The position numbers and the translations under genes were made by a program. Under the pieces are notes generated by a model. That model worked only from the letters and a program-made list of their open reading frames with translations. It searched no databases and was not told the DNA's origin. From Rhynchobatus australiae (lineage: Eukaryota): 61,512 nucleotides of DNA. This document shows, piece after piece, positions 22,247-34,899 of the stretch (position 1 is its first letter; each line of letters starts with the position of its first letter). Where the stretch lies: assembly GCA_034780895.1 (NCBI GenBank), contig JAUZTB010000066.1:5280375-5341886 (forward strand), read 5' to 3'.

Positions 22247-23554
22247 CCTTGCAGTGGAGAAACAATCAGGAATGTTAACCAGAGGCAGATTAAGCACAGA
22301 TTGTAAATTGATGTGGGAAAAACTAGTATGGATTTGTTAAAGGCCAATTATTCTGAAAATTTTTTGATAAGGAAACAGTGGATCAGTGGAGAAAAATGCA
22401 ATGTGGCTTCAAAAAGATATTCATAAAGCACTGCATAATAAGCTGTCATCAAGATAGTGGAATAAAAGGGGCAGTGGCAGCACATATAGAAAATTTGTTA
22501 AGTAAAAGACAGCCATAGTCAACAGCTTCTTTTTGGACTAGAGGGAAGTATACAGTAATGGTCCCCAGTGGGCTTGTACCAGAATCACAGCCTTTGCCAA
22601 TTTATATTCATAGTTGGGCGTATAGGATACAGTAACCAAATTTGTAGACATTACAAAACTTAGAAGCTTAATGAACTGCAAGGATGATGGTAATAGAATT
22701 CAGAAGGAAATGGATAGGCTTGTGGAAAGAGCAAATGAAATTTAATACACAAACATGAAGATTTACATAGGAAGAATAAACAAGCTGAATTCTGGAAGTG
22801 ATACTGGGGTAGAGAGCTTTGGAGGTCCACGTACATTAATCATTGAAGCAGCAAGGCAAACTGAGGTGGTGTATAGGATTCTTTGGTTTTAGGGAAATCA
22901 TAAATGAACAAAATATTGCTTCAGCCAGATCTTTTGCATTGTGTCAAGTTCTGATTGACAGTCTTAAGATGGTTATGAAGACTAAAAAAAATGCAAGTAA
23001 TTGGCCAAAGAACCAGAAATAGCATGGGGAAAGATCTCTTTCTTTAAAAAAATACAGGAGTGGTTAGAATTTGAACCGCAGTATGTGTTGGGATGGGGTG
23101 GGCAAGAGGAGGCAGATTCAATTATAGCACTAAAAAGACAAGTAGATAGGTACTTGAAGGAATTGAGGCCTTTGAAGAGCAGGACTTGCTCAAATGCTCT
23201 TGCCGACAAGCAGAATGAACCCAATGGGTCAAATAATGACCTCCTGCACTGTAATACATGATCTTCATATTCACAGGTTAATAAATAAATTATGCAGCAA
23301 ATGGTGTTGAAATAGCATTGGATGGAGTTGAAGATAATGCAGAGCAGTGAACAAAACCAACAAAAAATGTTGAACTATATAGCAAAAAAACAATTATGGC
23401 AAAAGTCCACTGATCCACTGTTTCCTCATCAAAAATTCTTCAGATAAGTTAAATTAGCCTTAAACAAATCCATGCTAGTTTTTCCCACATCAATTTACAA
23501 TGTGTGCTCAATCTGCCTCTGGTTAACATTCCTGAACGTTTCTCCACTGGAAGG
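22247..23554. repeat. Inverted repeat: ~145-bp arms (22247-22390 and 23406-23554) around a ~1 kb decayed CR1 fragment
   Basis: Direct comparison: cagtggagaaacaatcaggaatgttaaccagaggcagatt...ggaaacagtggatcagtgga matches the reverse complement of 23406-23554 with few mismatches and one small indel. Confidence 0.9.
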
Positions 23555-25436
23555 CAAAGTAAGTCCTCTGGGTGGATAAATTAAGGCCAAATCATACACC
23601 TCCCTCCATAATTGCGATCAATTCCCACTGGACATCTTAATATTATATTACAAGGTATAATGCCACTTTGCCAGATTAAATAATTGACTCAATAAATTTG
23701 ACAAATTGTGGACATTGAGAAATACCCAGAAAGCTTTTGGATTTACCATACAAGCAAAAATATTCACCAATGTGCTTCAGGCAAGAATGTTAACTTATCT
23801 GGTCAATGTACAATTTATTCCAGTCCCACACTATGAATTTGAAATTTAAGTGGAACAGCAAGCCACTCAGTATTTTTAATTATACAAGAGAAAGGATGGT
23901 CAAATGCAATCCAAGGACTCTATTGAAACAAAATCTGAGCAATCTCAGCCCAGTGAACCATGCAAACTTCTCATTAACAACTAGGAATTCATGTCCAATT
24001 TAAAACGGCTCCACAGACTAATCAACTTATGACTTGTATAAGAATGGTGCCATGGTTGAGGAATTTCAGATACATAGACAGGAGAAGCTGAGGATGTAAA
24101 GACTGAAGTGAAAAAGTTTTACTGGAATGGTTATAGTGATGGAGGATTCAGTAATAAAAGAGCAACAAGTCACTTGGCTCTTTGAACCTGCTCTATATTC
24201 ATCAAGATCATGGCTGATCATCCAACTCAGCATCATTTCCAAGTACAATCCCCACCTTCCTCCAATCACTTAATAGCCAGAAATGTATCTTGTAAAGACA
24301 CAGGAGGCTGTGGTTCAGCCCATCAGGTCTGCACCTGCTCCCTTTAGTCCAGTCTCCTCTCCTTATTTCCCATACCCCTGCAACTTGTTCTCTCACACAA
24401 GCCTAATAACTCCCCCTTATTTTTTTTTGCTATTAATATACATTAGGAGTTACTTTACTGTAGCCAATTAACATCAGCATATCTTTGGGATGTGGGAATG
24501 AGGCAGCCAGAAGAAACCCAAGCAATCATGAAGAAAATGTGCAAACTCTGCAGACAGCCCCCAAGGTCAGGATCAATAATCCTGTTTCGAATAAGCACAA
24601 CTAATGACTCCTCATCTAGAAGAATCATTTTCTCTGCATCGAGCCTATCAAGCCCTTTGAACCAATCTTTTAAAATTATGTTATCTCTCATTCTTCTCAA
24701 GTCTAAGGAATATTGTTCCAACTTGCTCATTCACTCCTTGTATGGCAACTCTCCATAAAACCAGTCTAGCAAATCCTTACTGCATGCCCACTACATACAT
24801 CCTTTCTTAGCTCAGGTGATCGAAAGTCCTTTTGAATACCAACGCCTTTTAATTGCTTGCTATTTGAAGAAAACACAACCTTACTTTACTTCTACCAAAG
24901 TGAACATCACTCTTTCTCCCTGCATAATTTTCCACACCCTCATTCATTCACTTAACCTACATCATCTCTACATTACATGCCATTTCCCACTCTTCCCCCC
25001 CTCCCTCCCTTGGAGCCCCAATGCATCCTTCTTACAGCCCACTGTACCACCCAGCTTTCCTTTCNNNNNNNNNNNNNNNNNNNNNNNNNNNNNNNNNNNN
25101 NNNNNNNNNNNNNNNNNNNNNNNNNNNNNNNNNNNNNNNNNNNNNNNNNNNNNNNNNNNNNNNNTATTAAATTGATGTTCTCTTCCTTTACTTTACCAGA
25201 AAGGAGGGGCAACCAGCTCAAGGCAAAAGCTAATCTCTGGCTTCTCACAACTTGCAATATTTATAATAAGGTGACAATTTAGCACAGAAATACTTTATTA
25301 AAGCTGTGGAAATTTTAATGGCACTTTCCAAATTTTCTGTGAGATTCTGCCTTTCAGAGGAATCCTGTTATCTAGCAAATGGAAATATGTTTATTGAATT
25401 TAAGTGTGAATATAATACTGGCAAGAGAAAGATAAC

Positions 25437-25571
25437 CTGGTGGTGTTCACTGAAGATTTCTTGCATGTGTGTTAGTTTGATCTCAAGTGATTCAATATGT
25501 TGCCGAAGTGCATTCAACTCCCTCAGGTAAACACGGGAAGGATATAGAGTATCCTGGATTATTTCCAAACC
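25437..25571 (-). CDS. PRR11: PRR11 exon (GLEIIQDTLYPSRVYLRELNALRQHIESLEIKLTHMQEIFSEHHQ)
   Basis: tttacag|GGT...CAG|gttatc; 135 nt, phase 0 to 0; resembles SLEVLKDTIFPSR..REL. The donor is weaker, so that boundary is less certain. Confidence 0.85.
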
Positions 25572-26169
25572 CTGTAAATGTAAAGCAAATGAATCAAAAT
25601 AAAGATCTGATTGTTATTTTTCTAATTCCTTCCCTCCCACTTCATTTGACAAAGCTCACATGTAGCTGAGCCTGGACCAAAACAGTTCTAGCTCAGTTGG
25701 TACTGACTGGAAAGTAATAGTTGGATAATAAGATTACATGAAAGTTAAAAGACAAGATTTTTTCTGCTTTTGATTGACTTTAGCAAGACTGTCCCTCGTG
25801 GCACAGCAAGAAAGTAAAAACCTTGGAATTAAAAAGTGGAAAATTTGCTTCTAAACAGACTTAGTGGCAGGTATATCTTCTAGCAACCCCTCAATTTTAA
25901 AATTTGGAAATTGGAGACTACAGTTGTGAGACCTGTTTTACTAGGTCATTTTTCAGATTTAACACAAGTCTTGACAAATGTTCTGCATCCCAGAAAGTAT
26001 TTGCAAAGTAAAAAAAACTTTACATAAATGTTGACAATTTTTATGTGGTTAGATGTCTGCAGTTAAAAATNNNNNNNNNNNNNNNNNNNNNNNNNNNNNN
26101 NNNNNNNNNNNNNNNNNNNNNNNNNNNNNNNNNNNNNNNNNNNNNNNNNNNNNNNNNNNNNNNNNNNNN

Positions 26170-26570
26170 NTGCAGTTAAAAATTCTGGTGTTATTAGCCA
26201 GGGCATTGAACACAAGACCAGGAAGGGGATGCCAGAACTGTGTACAACACTATGTGGATGCCATTTTGAATCCATAAAATCGTTCTGGTCACCACATTAC
26301 AGAAAAAAAGTTAATTGCATCAGAGAGGGTGCAGAGCAGATTTACGAAGGTGCTGCCAGAATTGTAATATTTTAGCTATGAGGAAGGATTAAACAAGCTA
26401 AGCACATTTCCTTTGGAATCAGAAGGGAGATTTAATTGGAGGTTTATAAAAGGCCTGGATCAAATCAGTGGGAAGAACCAGTTCCCTTTGCAGAAGGGTC
26501 AAAAGCCAGGGTGCGGGGCTTTAAAGTAATTTACAAAAGGATTGGAGGAGAGACAAAGAAATGTTTTCAG
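26170..26570 (+). mobile_element. Degenerate CR1-like LINE 3' ORF2 fragment
   Basis: 'ttctggtcaccacattacag...gagagggtgcagagcagatttacgaaggtgctgccag' parallels 32110-32200 and 61375-61450. Confidence 0.7.
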
Positions 26571-27965
26571 TCAGTTTCGGTCCTCAACAAATGTTTGCAA
26601 GTGTGAACCAGGAGAAATATTTGTTAACAGATTTTAGACTGTTGATAAACTCAAACTTTTCCCTCATCTAGGCATCTTAATAGTTGGACATCAGACAAAT
26701 TGGATGAAAGATGGTACAAACAGAAGGGAAGATTGCATCAATCAAATTGTCACTGGCATGTTTTTTTTGATTTGGAAGTTAAGAGAGCTCAGAGAGAGAG
26801 AGGCCACAGCTCAGAGAGAGGGGCCACAGCTCAGTCATGGGCAGAGCATCCCGAGTGGTTCTCATGGTGAGTTCTGTCCAAAATCATCTAGAGTTAAATG
26901 ATGTTATGTTTAGAGTCACTTGCAAGGGAACTGAAGACAGCATCGTCCACTTGCATCGAGGGCAAGAGTGTTACTATTAAGGATTGAAACAGTGCAAGGT
27001 ACAGAATACAGATGTCATATTAGGGTGCTTGTATTTTTTTTTGATGTTCAGGCAGGTTTTAATTAACTCTTTTTAAATAAGAGTTACAATGAGCCTAAAG
27101 TGATTTTCCCATCCAGGTAGGTCCAAGCAGAATTCAGAATAACTGTAGATTAAACTACCTATAGGGCAAGAGGCAGAAACCATCATTTATTGCCATGACC
27201 TGCAGAGCTATGGATTTAGTGGTAGAAGGTGGGATTGGACTGGGTAGCTCTCTTTTGACTGTCACAGTCAATGGGCTGAATGGCCTCCAATTTTGTAGAT
27301 TTCTATGACTCCACTTGATCAGGATCCAAGAATCCCTGCCAGAAAGTATGCACTTATGCGAAATGACAACAGGATTAGGTTTGCCTGCAATGGCTCGGTT
27401 ACCTGCTTGGAGGTGGGGGCAGGGAAAAATCGGAGAGGAAACTCTGAAGTACTGGCTATTAGGATCTGAGTGCAAGAGGGGCCATAAGAGAGGTGGGTGA
27501 GGAATATTTAGGGCTAGGATAAAGCCTTGGAGGGACTTTTACCCTGGATCAATTTTGTTCACATACACTGGACTGACTTATAGACCAGCTGCTAGAAGGC
27601 AAGGGCAATAGAAGCCAGAAGTTGTGGGCAAGCAAGTAAGTCAAAGGACTGATTAGCATTCGAGTCCAGAGTCAACACTCTCAAACCTGTATAAGGAATA
27701 TTATTGTGATGCTGTGGGTTTTAATGCTTCCACTCCCTCCTCAAACAACGTACTGTTCGGTTTGCATTAGCCACATCAAAAAGTACTAGGGCACTTAAAA
27801 CAAATTTTCAATTTATAGGTTATTTACTAAAATACAATGAAGTAATAAATAAGTCTCAAGATGGAGAATTAATGAACACATTTAATTTGTAGGATATTCA
27901 GCTTATTATCAAAGTTCAGATACATCTACAGTTTGAATTAGAGAATATTTGATTTGAATTTATAC

Positions 27966-28119
27966 CTGCCTAATGTTCCTTAGCCACCATGAATACATGG
28001 AGTAAACCACAGTCTTAAGAGGATTCAACAAATTCTTCACATTCACTAAAGAAATGAGCCTGACAGGAACTGATTCATGCAGGAAGGAATTGCTGTTAGA
28101 TGTGACCATGTCCTCCGTC
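27966..28119 (-). CDS. PRR11: PRR11 exon (Q-TEDMVTSNS...VYSMYSWWLRNIRQ)
   Basis: aatccag|G...CAG|gtataa; 154 nt, phase 2 to 0; resembles VWSIYSWCQNCITQ. Confidence 0.85.
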
Positions 28120-28429
28120 CTGGATTTAAAATAAAAATAAATGTAAGCAAACCACATGGAACATGACAGTCAGTCATAGAGTGGAACAAACACAGATGTT
28201 AAGTAACTTATTTACATCAAATGGTAGAAGGCGATTCATGCAAAATCCTGTATGGTCCAAATAATTCAGTTAAGTTAGGACAAATGAATAATGTAGTGCC
28301 TTTCACAACTTTGGGATGCCTACAACACTTAAACAATGAAGCAATGTAACATAAAAAATGCAACATTCATTTGCAACAAGATGCCAGAAACAGAACAGAA
28401 TGGTAACCTTTCACCCCTTTGCTTCTCAA

Positions 28430-30560
28430 GTATCCCTCCAACACTGCCTTAAATATTTAAAGCTCTGCTTCTAGTGTTCTTTGGAGGAAAGATTCATGAA
28501 CTTCCATGAGAAAAAATTCACCTCATGCATCATGAGTCACCTCATGATTCCTTATTTTTGAACAGTGGCCTTCACTTCTAGATTCTCCCAGGAGGAAACA
28601 TCCTCCCCACATCCACCATATCAAGACTCCTCAGGATCTTACAAGCTTCAATCAAGTCACATCTTACTTCAGCATTTATAAGAAATCCACCCATTCCAGG
28701 TATTAGTCTAATAAGCCTTCTCTGAACTGCTTCCAATGCATTAACATCCTTCTTCAAATAAGGAGAATACCGTACACAGTCCTCCAGATATGATCTAACA
28801 AATGCCCCATGTAACTGAAACAGAAGCTCCCTTGTTTTGTATTCAATACCCCATCAATAAATGATAACCAAGTGTTAGCTTTCCTAATTACTTGCAGTGG
28901 ACTGGTATCTAGTGTGGCACTAGCTTGCAGATTCATTATAGTGCTTTCAGTGCTCCAGTCTGAACACACACAGATGTACTTTTAAAAAAGATGTTAGTTT
29001 CAATCGTTGTGCGGGGAACCTAGCCTAAATGCCTCTGCTTTACGCTGGGAATCCAGGTGACAAGAGCCCAATGCAAATTCCTTCTGTCCACTGCTGTTCC
29101 CACAGCAATAAAGCACCTCAAGGTTTAGTATGGAGAGGCTGCCTTTGAAGGCTGTTGTTGGGCAGGCTCAGGTGAGCAGTGTGGTTGCTTGGCACTGGAC
29201 GTGGGCGCTCAGGCACATACAGGCTTTTGTTTGGGACCAGCAGTGGCTGCACCATGTGTTGACGAATTGTCTGGATGCCAATGCCTCCCTTCCTGTTAGA
29301 TATGATGGAAACTGCTCTTTTCCCATCTTTGTTTGGCTGCACAACATCCCCAAGGCAAGAGATTTCACTATAAAAATAAGATCAATTGCTAGTGACCACC
29401 ATTGAGCTTGTTACCAGAGAGGGCAGGAGGGTGCAGGAGCTCATGTCAGGTTATTGGGCACAGCAACATTGTCAGTAAAGCATCTGTGAACATAGTGCTA
29501 TAATGACCCTTTTTGGCACTCATTCCATAATGATGCTATTCCTGAGAATGCATCTCAAGTATTAATATCTAACATATACCTGCATGTTGGCCTATCATGT
29601 ATCATGCACAACACATAGATTATTGTAAATAATACGATATTTTTCCTGCCCAAGTAGACAACTTCACATTTTACTCCATTTGTTAGATCTTTGCCCACTC
29701 AACTTATTTGTAATGGTCCCATGTTGTCTTCACAACTTGCTTTCCTACCCATTTTTGTGTCACACCTTTGGTACCATCAGCCAAGCCATTTATATAAGTG
29801 TTAAAAGTTGAGCTCCAGTACTGACCCCAAGGGCGGCACACCACTCATTACATCTTGTCAATCAGAAAATTATTAATTACACCCATTTTCTTTCCTGTTA
29901 TCCGGTCAACCTTCTATCCACACCAATACGTTACCTCTCACAACGCAAGGTTTTATTTTCTATAAGGTTTGATGCGGCATCTCAGCACGTGTTTCTGGAA
30001 ATTTAAGGATAGTACATACACTTGTTCCTCTTTATCCACAAATAACTTGAATAAATTTCCTTTTTACAAAAAATTATTGACTTTGCCTGAATCTTTAATT
30101 TTTTCCAAGTGCGCTAATATAAAGTCTTTAATACTAGCTTCTAACATTTTCTTAGTGGAAGATATCTGCAGCTTACTGCTTTCTGTCTCCATCTCTTTTT
30201 GGATTAATGAGTTGTTTGCTATCTAATGCCACGTTCCCCAAATTTAGGAAATATTGTAAAATTAAACTAGTGCATCAACCATCTTACCAGCAACTTCTAC
30301 GTTAGGGAAAAACGCCATTAGGACCCAGAGACACATCAACCCACAGCTCTATCAATAGGCTCAATCGTGCAACCACGGTGCTTGTAGCTTTCCTGACTCC
30401 TTTCCCCCCCCCTCCCCCCACTAATTCCTGGTTTACAGATATTTCTGTGATGTTACTTGTATCCTCTATAATGAACTTGAGAAAAATCTGTTTAATTCCA
30501 CTGCCATCTCTGTTTTCCATTATTAATACCCCAGATCCATTTTCTACATAGGTGGACGAC
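28430..30560 (-). mobile_element. Fragmented CR1-like LINE (pieces ~28430-28890 and ~29640-30560, with unrelated sequence between)
   Basis: The reverse strand shows decayed CR1 hallmarks (LLDHIWRTVY in ORF 28754; SLGPNGVFP in ORF 30302). Boundaries approximate. Confidence 0.55.
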
Positions 30561-30790
30561 AAAGACCAGCAAAGCTATTTAAAGAGCTGTTTGTCATAAA
30601 AAGACATCTGANNNNNNAATTCAAATGTTTTGGTGAGTATGCATCTTGCTTTCAAACAATATTTGTTACTGGGTGTGCCGGAAGCAATGGAAAAAAATAA
30701 GTGTGTTCATTTATAGTAATACTTTCATGTAATCCAGGCTCAGTTTTAAAAGATAAGCCTTCTTCAATGGCCAGCCGATGAGTTACTTAC

Positions 30791-30942
30791 TGTGTTGTTT
30801 CGCAGGTGGTTGGTTTTGGCTTGCGGGCACGTCCCTTGTATTTTGCTAGCAGGTGTCGTTTATTCTTACTTCGTGCCTTTTCTATTGCTTGCCATTTTCT
30901 CATGATCTTCCACTTTCTGTGACGCTGATTCAGCTTGGACAT
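30791..30942 (-). CDS. PRR11: PRR11 first coding exon (MSKLNQRHRKWKIMRKWQAIEKARSKNKRHLLAKYKGRARKPKPTTCETT)
   Basis: Acceptor tctcttctgcag|CT-ATG (exon starts 30944) and donor CA|gtaagt; 152 coding nt, phase 2, compatible with the next exon. The basic N-terminus is like MPKFKQRRRK. Confidence 0.85.
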
Positions 30943-31998
30943 AGCTGCAGAAGAGAAATTATGAAAAGGTCAATAGATTCTGCATTTAGACCAAATGCAA
31001 AATACCATCCTAAACTCTCATGGCTCTAAAAATCAGCTGAGCAAGAAGTGTCGTTGATCAAGAATGTGGCATAGAATTTACTATTTTAAAGTCACTTTCC
31101 TAATGGGTCATTGTTTCAACTGGACTTAGAATTCTGTCACAACACTGCACCAATCCACTCCGTCTCTTCAAGGTGATGATCTGAAATAGACCACCAGCTG
31201 TATGCAGGAGCAACCTGCCACCTGTTAGATTTCATGCCCCGTAACATACCTCCTTAAAAGGCATCCTAGCCAATACACACCTCTCAAAATCTACAACCAG
31301 ATTCACAATTAATCTTCGTGGAATTTTACTGTGCACAAATAAGCAACAGATTCCCAAAACACAGTATTAACCATAACGAGGTTATTTCTTATATTTCTTA
31401 TATTAAAATAACTTACATTTTTGTGTGGCCACAAGACTGTTAGCAACCAAAATTTGACCCCAACCAAACACATGGAGATACGAGGAGAGCTAGCTAAAAG
31501 CTTTTTCAAAAGGGCAGGTTTTAAAGCCTTGAAGGAGAATAGTGGTAGGGAAATGGAGAGATTTAGGGAGGGAACTCTAAGCTGTGATAGACTGGGCTAC
31601 AAGCTATGGCTATCAATAGGGCAGTGGGGAAAATAGGGATATGAAGGTGCTAGAATTGGAAAGTAGTGATCAGAGGACTCCAGGATGGAATCAGGTACCA
31701 AAACAGATCAGCCAACATGGAGGTGATGGGTGAACAAGAATTGTTGCAAGTTGGAATACAGGCAGTAGCATTTTAGATAATCTCAAGTTTATAGTGAAAG
31801 ATGTACTGATAGTCAGGAGCAGTCCTCTCCAGTGGTAGCAAAGTCATGGAACAGGATTTTAAAAGACGAGCTGAGGCAAAGGCAAATCTAGGCAATGTTG
31901 TATTGGTGAAAGACTGCAATATTCTTCTTCACTAAATAACTCATAGAATCATGTAACACACAGTCCATTCATCCCACTGAACCCAAGTGATCCAATTA

Positions 31999-32625
31999 GA
32001 AAGCTTATGGGGTGTTAGCTTTCATAAATCGAGGGATCAAGTTTAAGAGCCGTGAGGTAATGATGAAGCTCTATAAAACTTTGGTTAGACCACATTTAGA
32101 GTACTGTGTCCAATTCTGGTTGCCTCATTATACTGCAGGAAGGATGTGGAAACTTTGGAAAGGGTGCAGAGGACATTTACCAGGATGCTGCCTGGTTTAG
32201 AGAGTATGCATTATGAGGAGAGACTAAGGGAGCTAGGGCTTTACTCTTTGGNNNNNNNNNNNNNNNNNNNNNNNNNNNNNNNNNNNNNNNNNNNNNNNNN
32301 NNNNNNNNNNNNNNNNNNNNNNNNNNNNNNNNNNNNNNNNNNNNNNNNNNNNNNNNNNNNNNNNNNNNNNNNNNNNNNNNNNNNNNNNNNNNNNNNNNNN
32401 NNNNNNNNNNNNNNNNNNNNNNNNNNNNNNNNNNNGCTGCCTGGGGCGGTGGTGGAGGCAGGTACATTGGTCAAATTCAAGAGATTGCTAGATAAACATA
32501 TGGAGGAATTTAAAATAGGGGGATATGCGGGAGAAAGGGGTTAGATAGTCTTAGGTGAGGTTTAAAGGTCGGCATAACATTGTGGGCTGAAGGGCCTGTA
32601 TTGTGCTGTCTGTTCTATGTTCTAT
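31999..32625 (+). mobile_element. CR1-like LINE 3' end (spans a gap)
   Basis: ORFs LAFINRGIKFKSREVMMKLYKTLVRPHLEYCVQFW and LERVQRTFTRMLPGL; tail ttctatgttcta. Confidence 0.92.
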
Positions 32626-33324
32626 GGTCCCAATCCTTGTTCTTTTCCAGTGTCCTGCAAATTCCACCCTCTTTTACACTTGGGTCATTTCCCAATTCAT
32701 TTAAAGATTGAAACTGAATTTTGTCCAAAAGAAGTGTGATGTACAAATCTCCAAAGGGAGAAACAAAAATGTACCCAATATTGCCCTCATCCTCATGGCT
32801 ACCTTTAGCAGTAACTGCACCAAGCTGTGCATAGATCATGGACATGCAAAATCATCCTGTGATGAGGTGATGTGAAGGAAATGTCCAGATGAGCACGTAA
32901 ATTGCTTGAGCATGAAAGGCTACAGGCCAAGTGCTTGAAAATGGGATTCCCACAGATGGGTATCCACTGGTTGATGTGGTCATGTGGGTTTAATGACTCA
33001 TTTCCTGCTGTACAACTCTAAAGAAGCCACCTGGTTCCTCAAGTCTGCCCCACCATTCAATGTGATTGTGGCTGATCTCAACTCTTTTTCTGTGCCAATT
33101 CCACACAACTCTTAATTTACAATCTTTTTTAAAAATACCCAAATCCACTTTAAATTTCTCAGTTTCACCAGCCTCCACAACCCTCTGGAGTGCAGAATTG
33201 CAGAGATTCACTGCACTCTGAGATGTTGTTCCTGCACATTTCAGTTTCAAATGACCACTCCCTTACCTTGCAACTATGTTCCTTCAAATGAGAGTCTTCC
33301 AATAGTGGAAACATCTCAATCCTG

Positions 33325-33472
33325 TGATCAACAGTCTGCTGGAAGAACTCCTGATGCAGAGTTTTGACCCAAAACACCAACAATTCCTTTCCTCCCACAG
33401 ATGCTGCTCGACCCGCTGAGCTCTTCCAGCAGATTGTGTGTTGCTCCAGATTCCAGCATCTGCAGCCTCATG
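33325..33472 (+). mobile_element. Short Penelope-like 3' fragment inserted into an older CR1 remnant
   Basis: Flanked by the 11-bp direct repeat tctcaatcctg (33314-33324, 33473-33483). Has an internal inversion (tctgctggaagaactc / gagctcttccagcaga). The tail 'agattccagcatctgcag' is the reverse complement of sequence at ~13640-13657. Confidence 0.65.
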
Positions 33473-34070
33473 TCTCAATCCTGGGATGCCTCCTTCGGAT
33501 CACATGTTTCAATAAAGTCACCCTTCATTCTTCCAAACTCAAAAGAATACAGATCTAATATTTTTAGCTTTTTATATTGACAACTCTCTCATCTCAGGAA
33601 CCAGCAAGATTCATCCTGAACCACTGCATGACAAAGACTGTGCTCCACAGGCTGTTCCCAGGAATGCATTCAGAGACTAACACCTACTGTTGCTGGAAGT
33701 TTATCTGTCTGGTGAAAGATGCCCTAACCAAATGTTGCAACTGGGACAGTCCAAGGCCCAGGATTCCAAACTTAAGAACACATAGAAGGATTGCTGCAGC
33801 CATTGCAAAAGATCAATGATGAATATCCTTTATTTAAGGCCTTGGCATCATTGCACAGAGAGACTGGAACCTGCAATTTAAAAACTCTTGGACTGTTTTA
33901 TCAAGGAATTTATGTAAAGAAAACTGATGTCATAATGCAGCAGTGTAAATGGAATGAAGAGGCTTATACTGAGAATAGTGATATATGAATGTACTATATT
34001 ATAGTTTGCAAATTTTATCTATAAATTTTGAATTAATAAAACATCTCTTTTGAAAGTTAGCATTTAATCT

Positions 34071-34602
34071 TGTTACAGACTAGGACTATTAGTGAGTGTC
34101 CCTTTTAGATAGTGTGTGTGTGTGTGGTGTGCTTACGTCAACAGAAGATAAAGAACATCATGACGCTGNNNNNNNNNNNNNNNNNNNNNNNNNNNNNNNN
34201 NNNNNNNNNNNNNNNNNNNNNNNNNNNNNNNNNNNNNNNNNNNNNNNNNNNNNNNNNNNNNNNNNNNNACAGGTAGTTGGTGTGGACAGCCACGATACTC
34301 TCTATTATCTCTCTGCATCTACGTTTTATCTCCAGACAATGGTGGCTGTTGAAGAAGCCTTTACTCATGTTTCACCTTATGGCTTGCTGAACTGGGCTTT
34401 AAGAACCATTCCTGGACGTGGGGTTTGGGAATTTGCCACACACACACGTTTAGTTAGTTTTTGGGGGTTAATGTTCAAGGTTTAACATTTTTACTTCTAA
34501 CATTTTTACTTTTATTTTACTTCTTATAAGTAGTTATTAATAAAGTAGATTTTAACACTTATACATGTCTCGGTGTGTTTCTTTTGTTGCTAGTACGTAA
34601 CA
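34071..34602 (+). mobile_element. LTR element, apparently a solo LTR (internal gap), with 4-bp TSD ATCT
   Basis: Starts TGTTAC and ends GTAACA; ATCT at 34067-34070 and 34603-34606; AATAAA at 34539-34544; second copy at 9472-9591. Confidence 0.85.
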
Positions 34603-34899
34603 ATCTGCTTTCATTCTTTCCTGTCTGACAGATTGCTTCAAATTGAAACGACACATTGCTCAAGTTTGTCTCCCCTGTCACCATTGTTTCCTTTACCAAT
34701 TACCTTAAACAAGCATCTTCTTAATAAAAACACTGCAAATGGGAACAGGTTTTCCTTATTTTTCTCTAATAAAACCTCACGATTATGAACTCTTGTACAA
34801 TATCTTCTCTAAAAGAACAATGCACAGGTTCTCATTCCTCTTGACAGTATTAATCTCTTAACTTTGGTACAATTTGAATAAATTGCTATATACACAACA

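Noticed and set aside
26785-26835. agctcagagagag...ggccac tandem repeat
   Set aside because: Simple 2.5-unit minisatellite.
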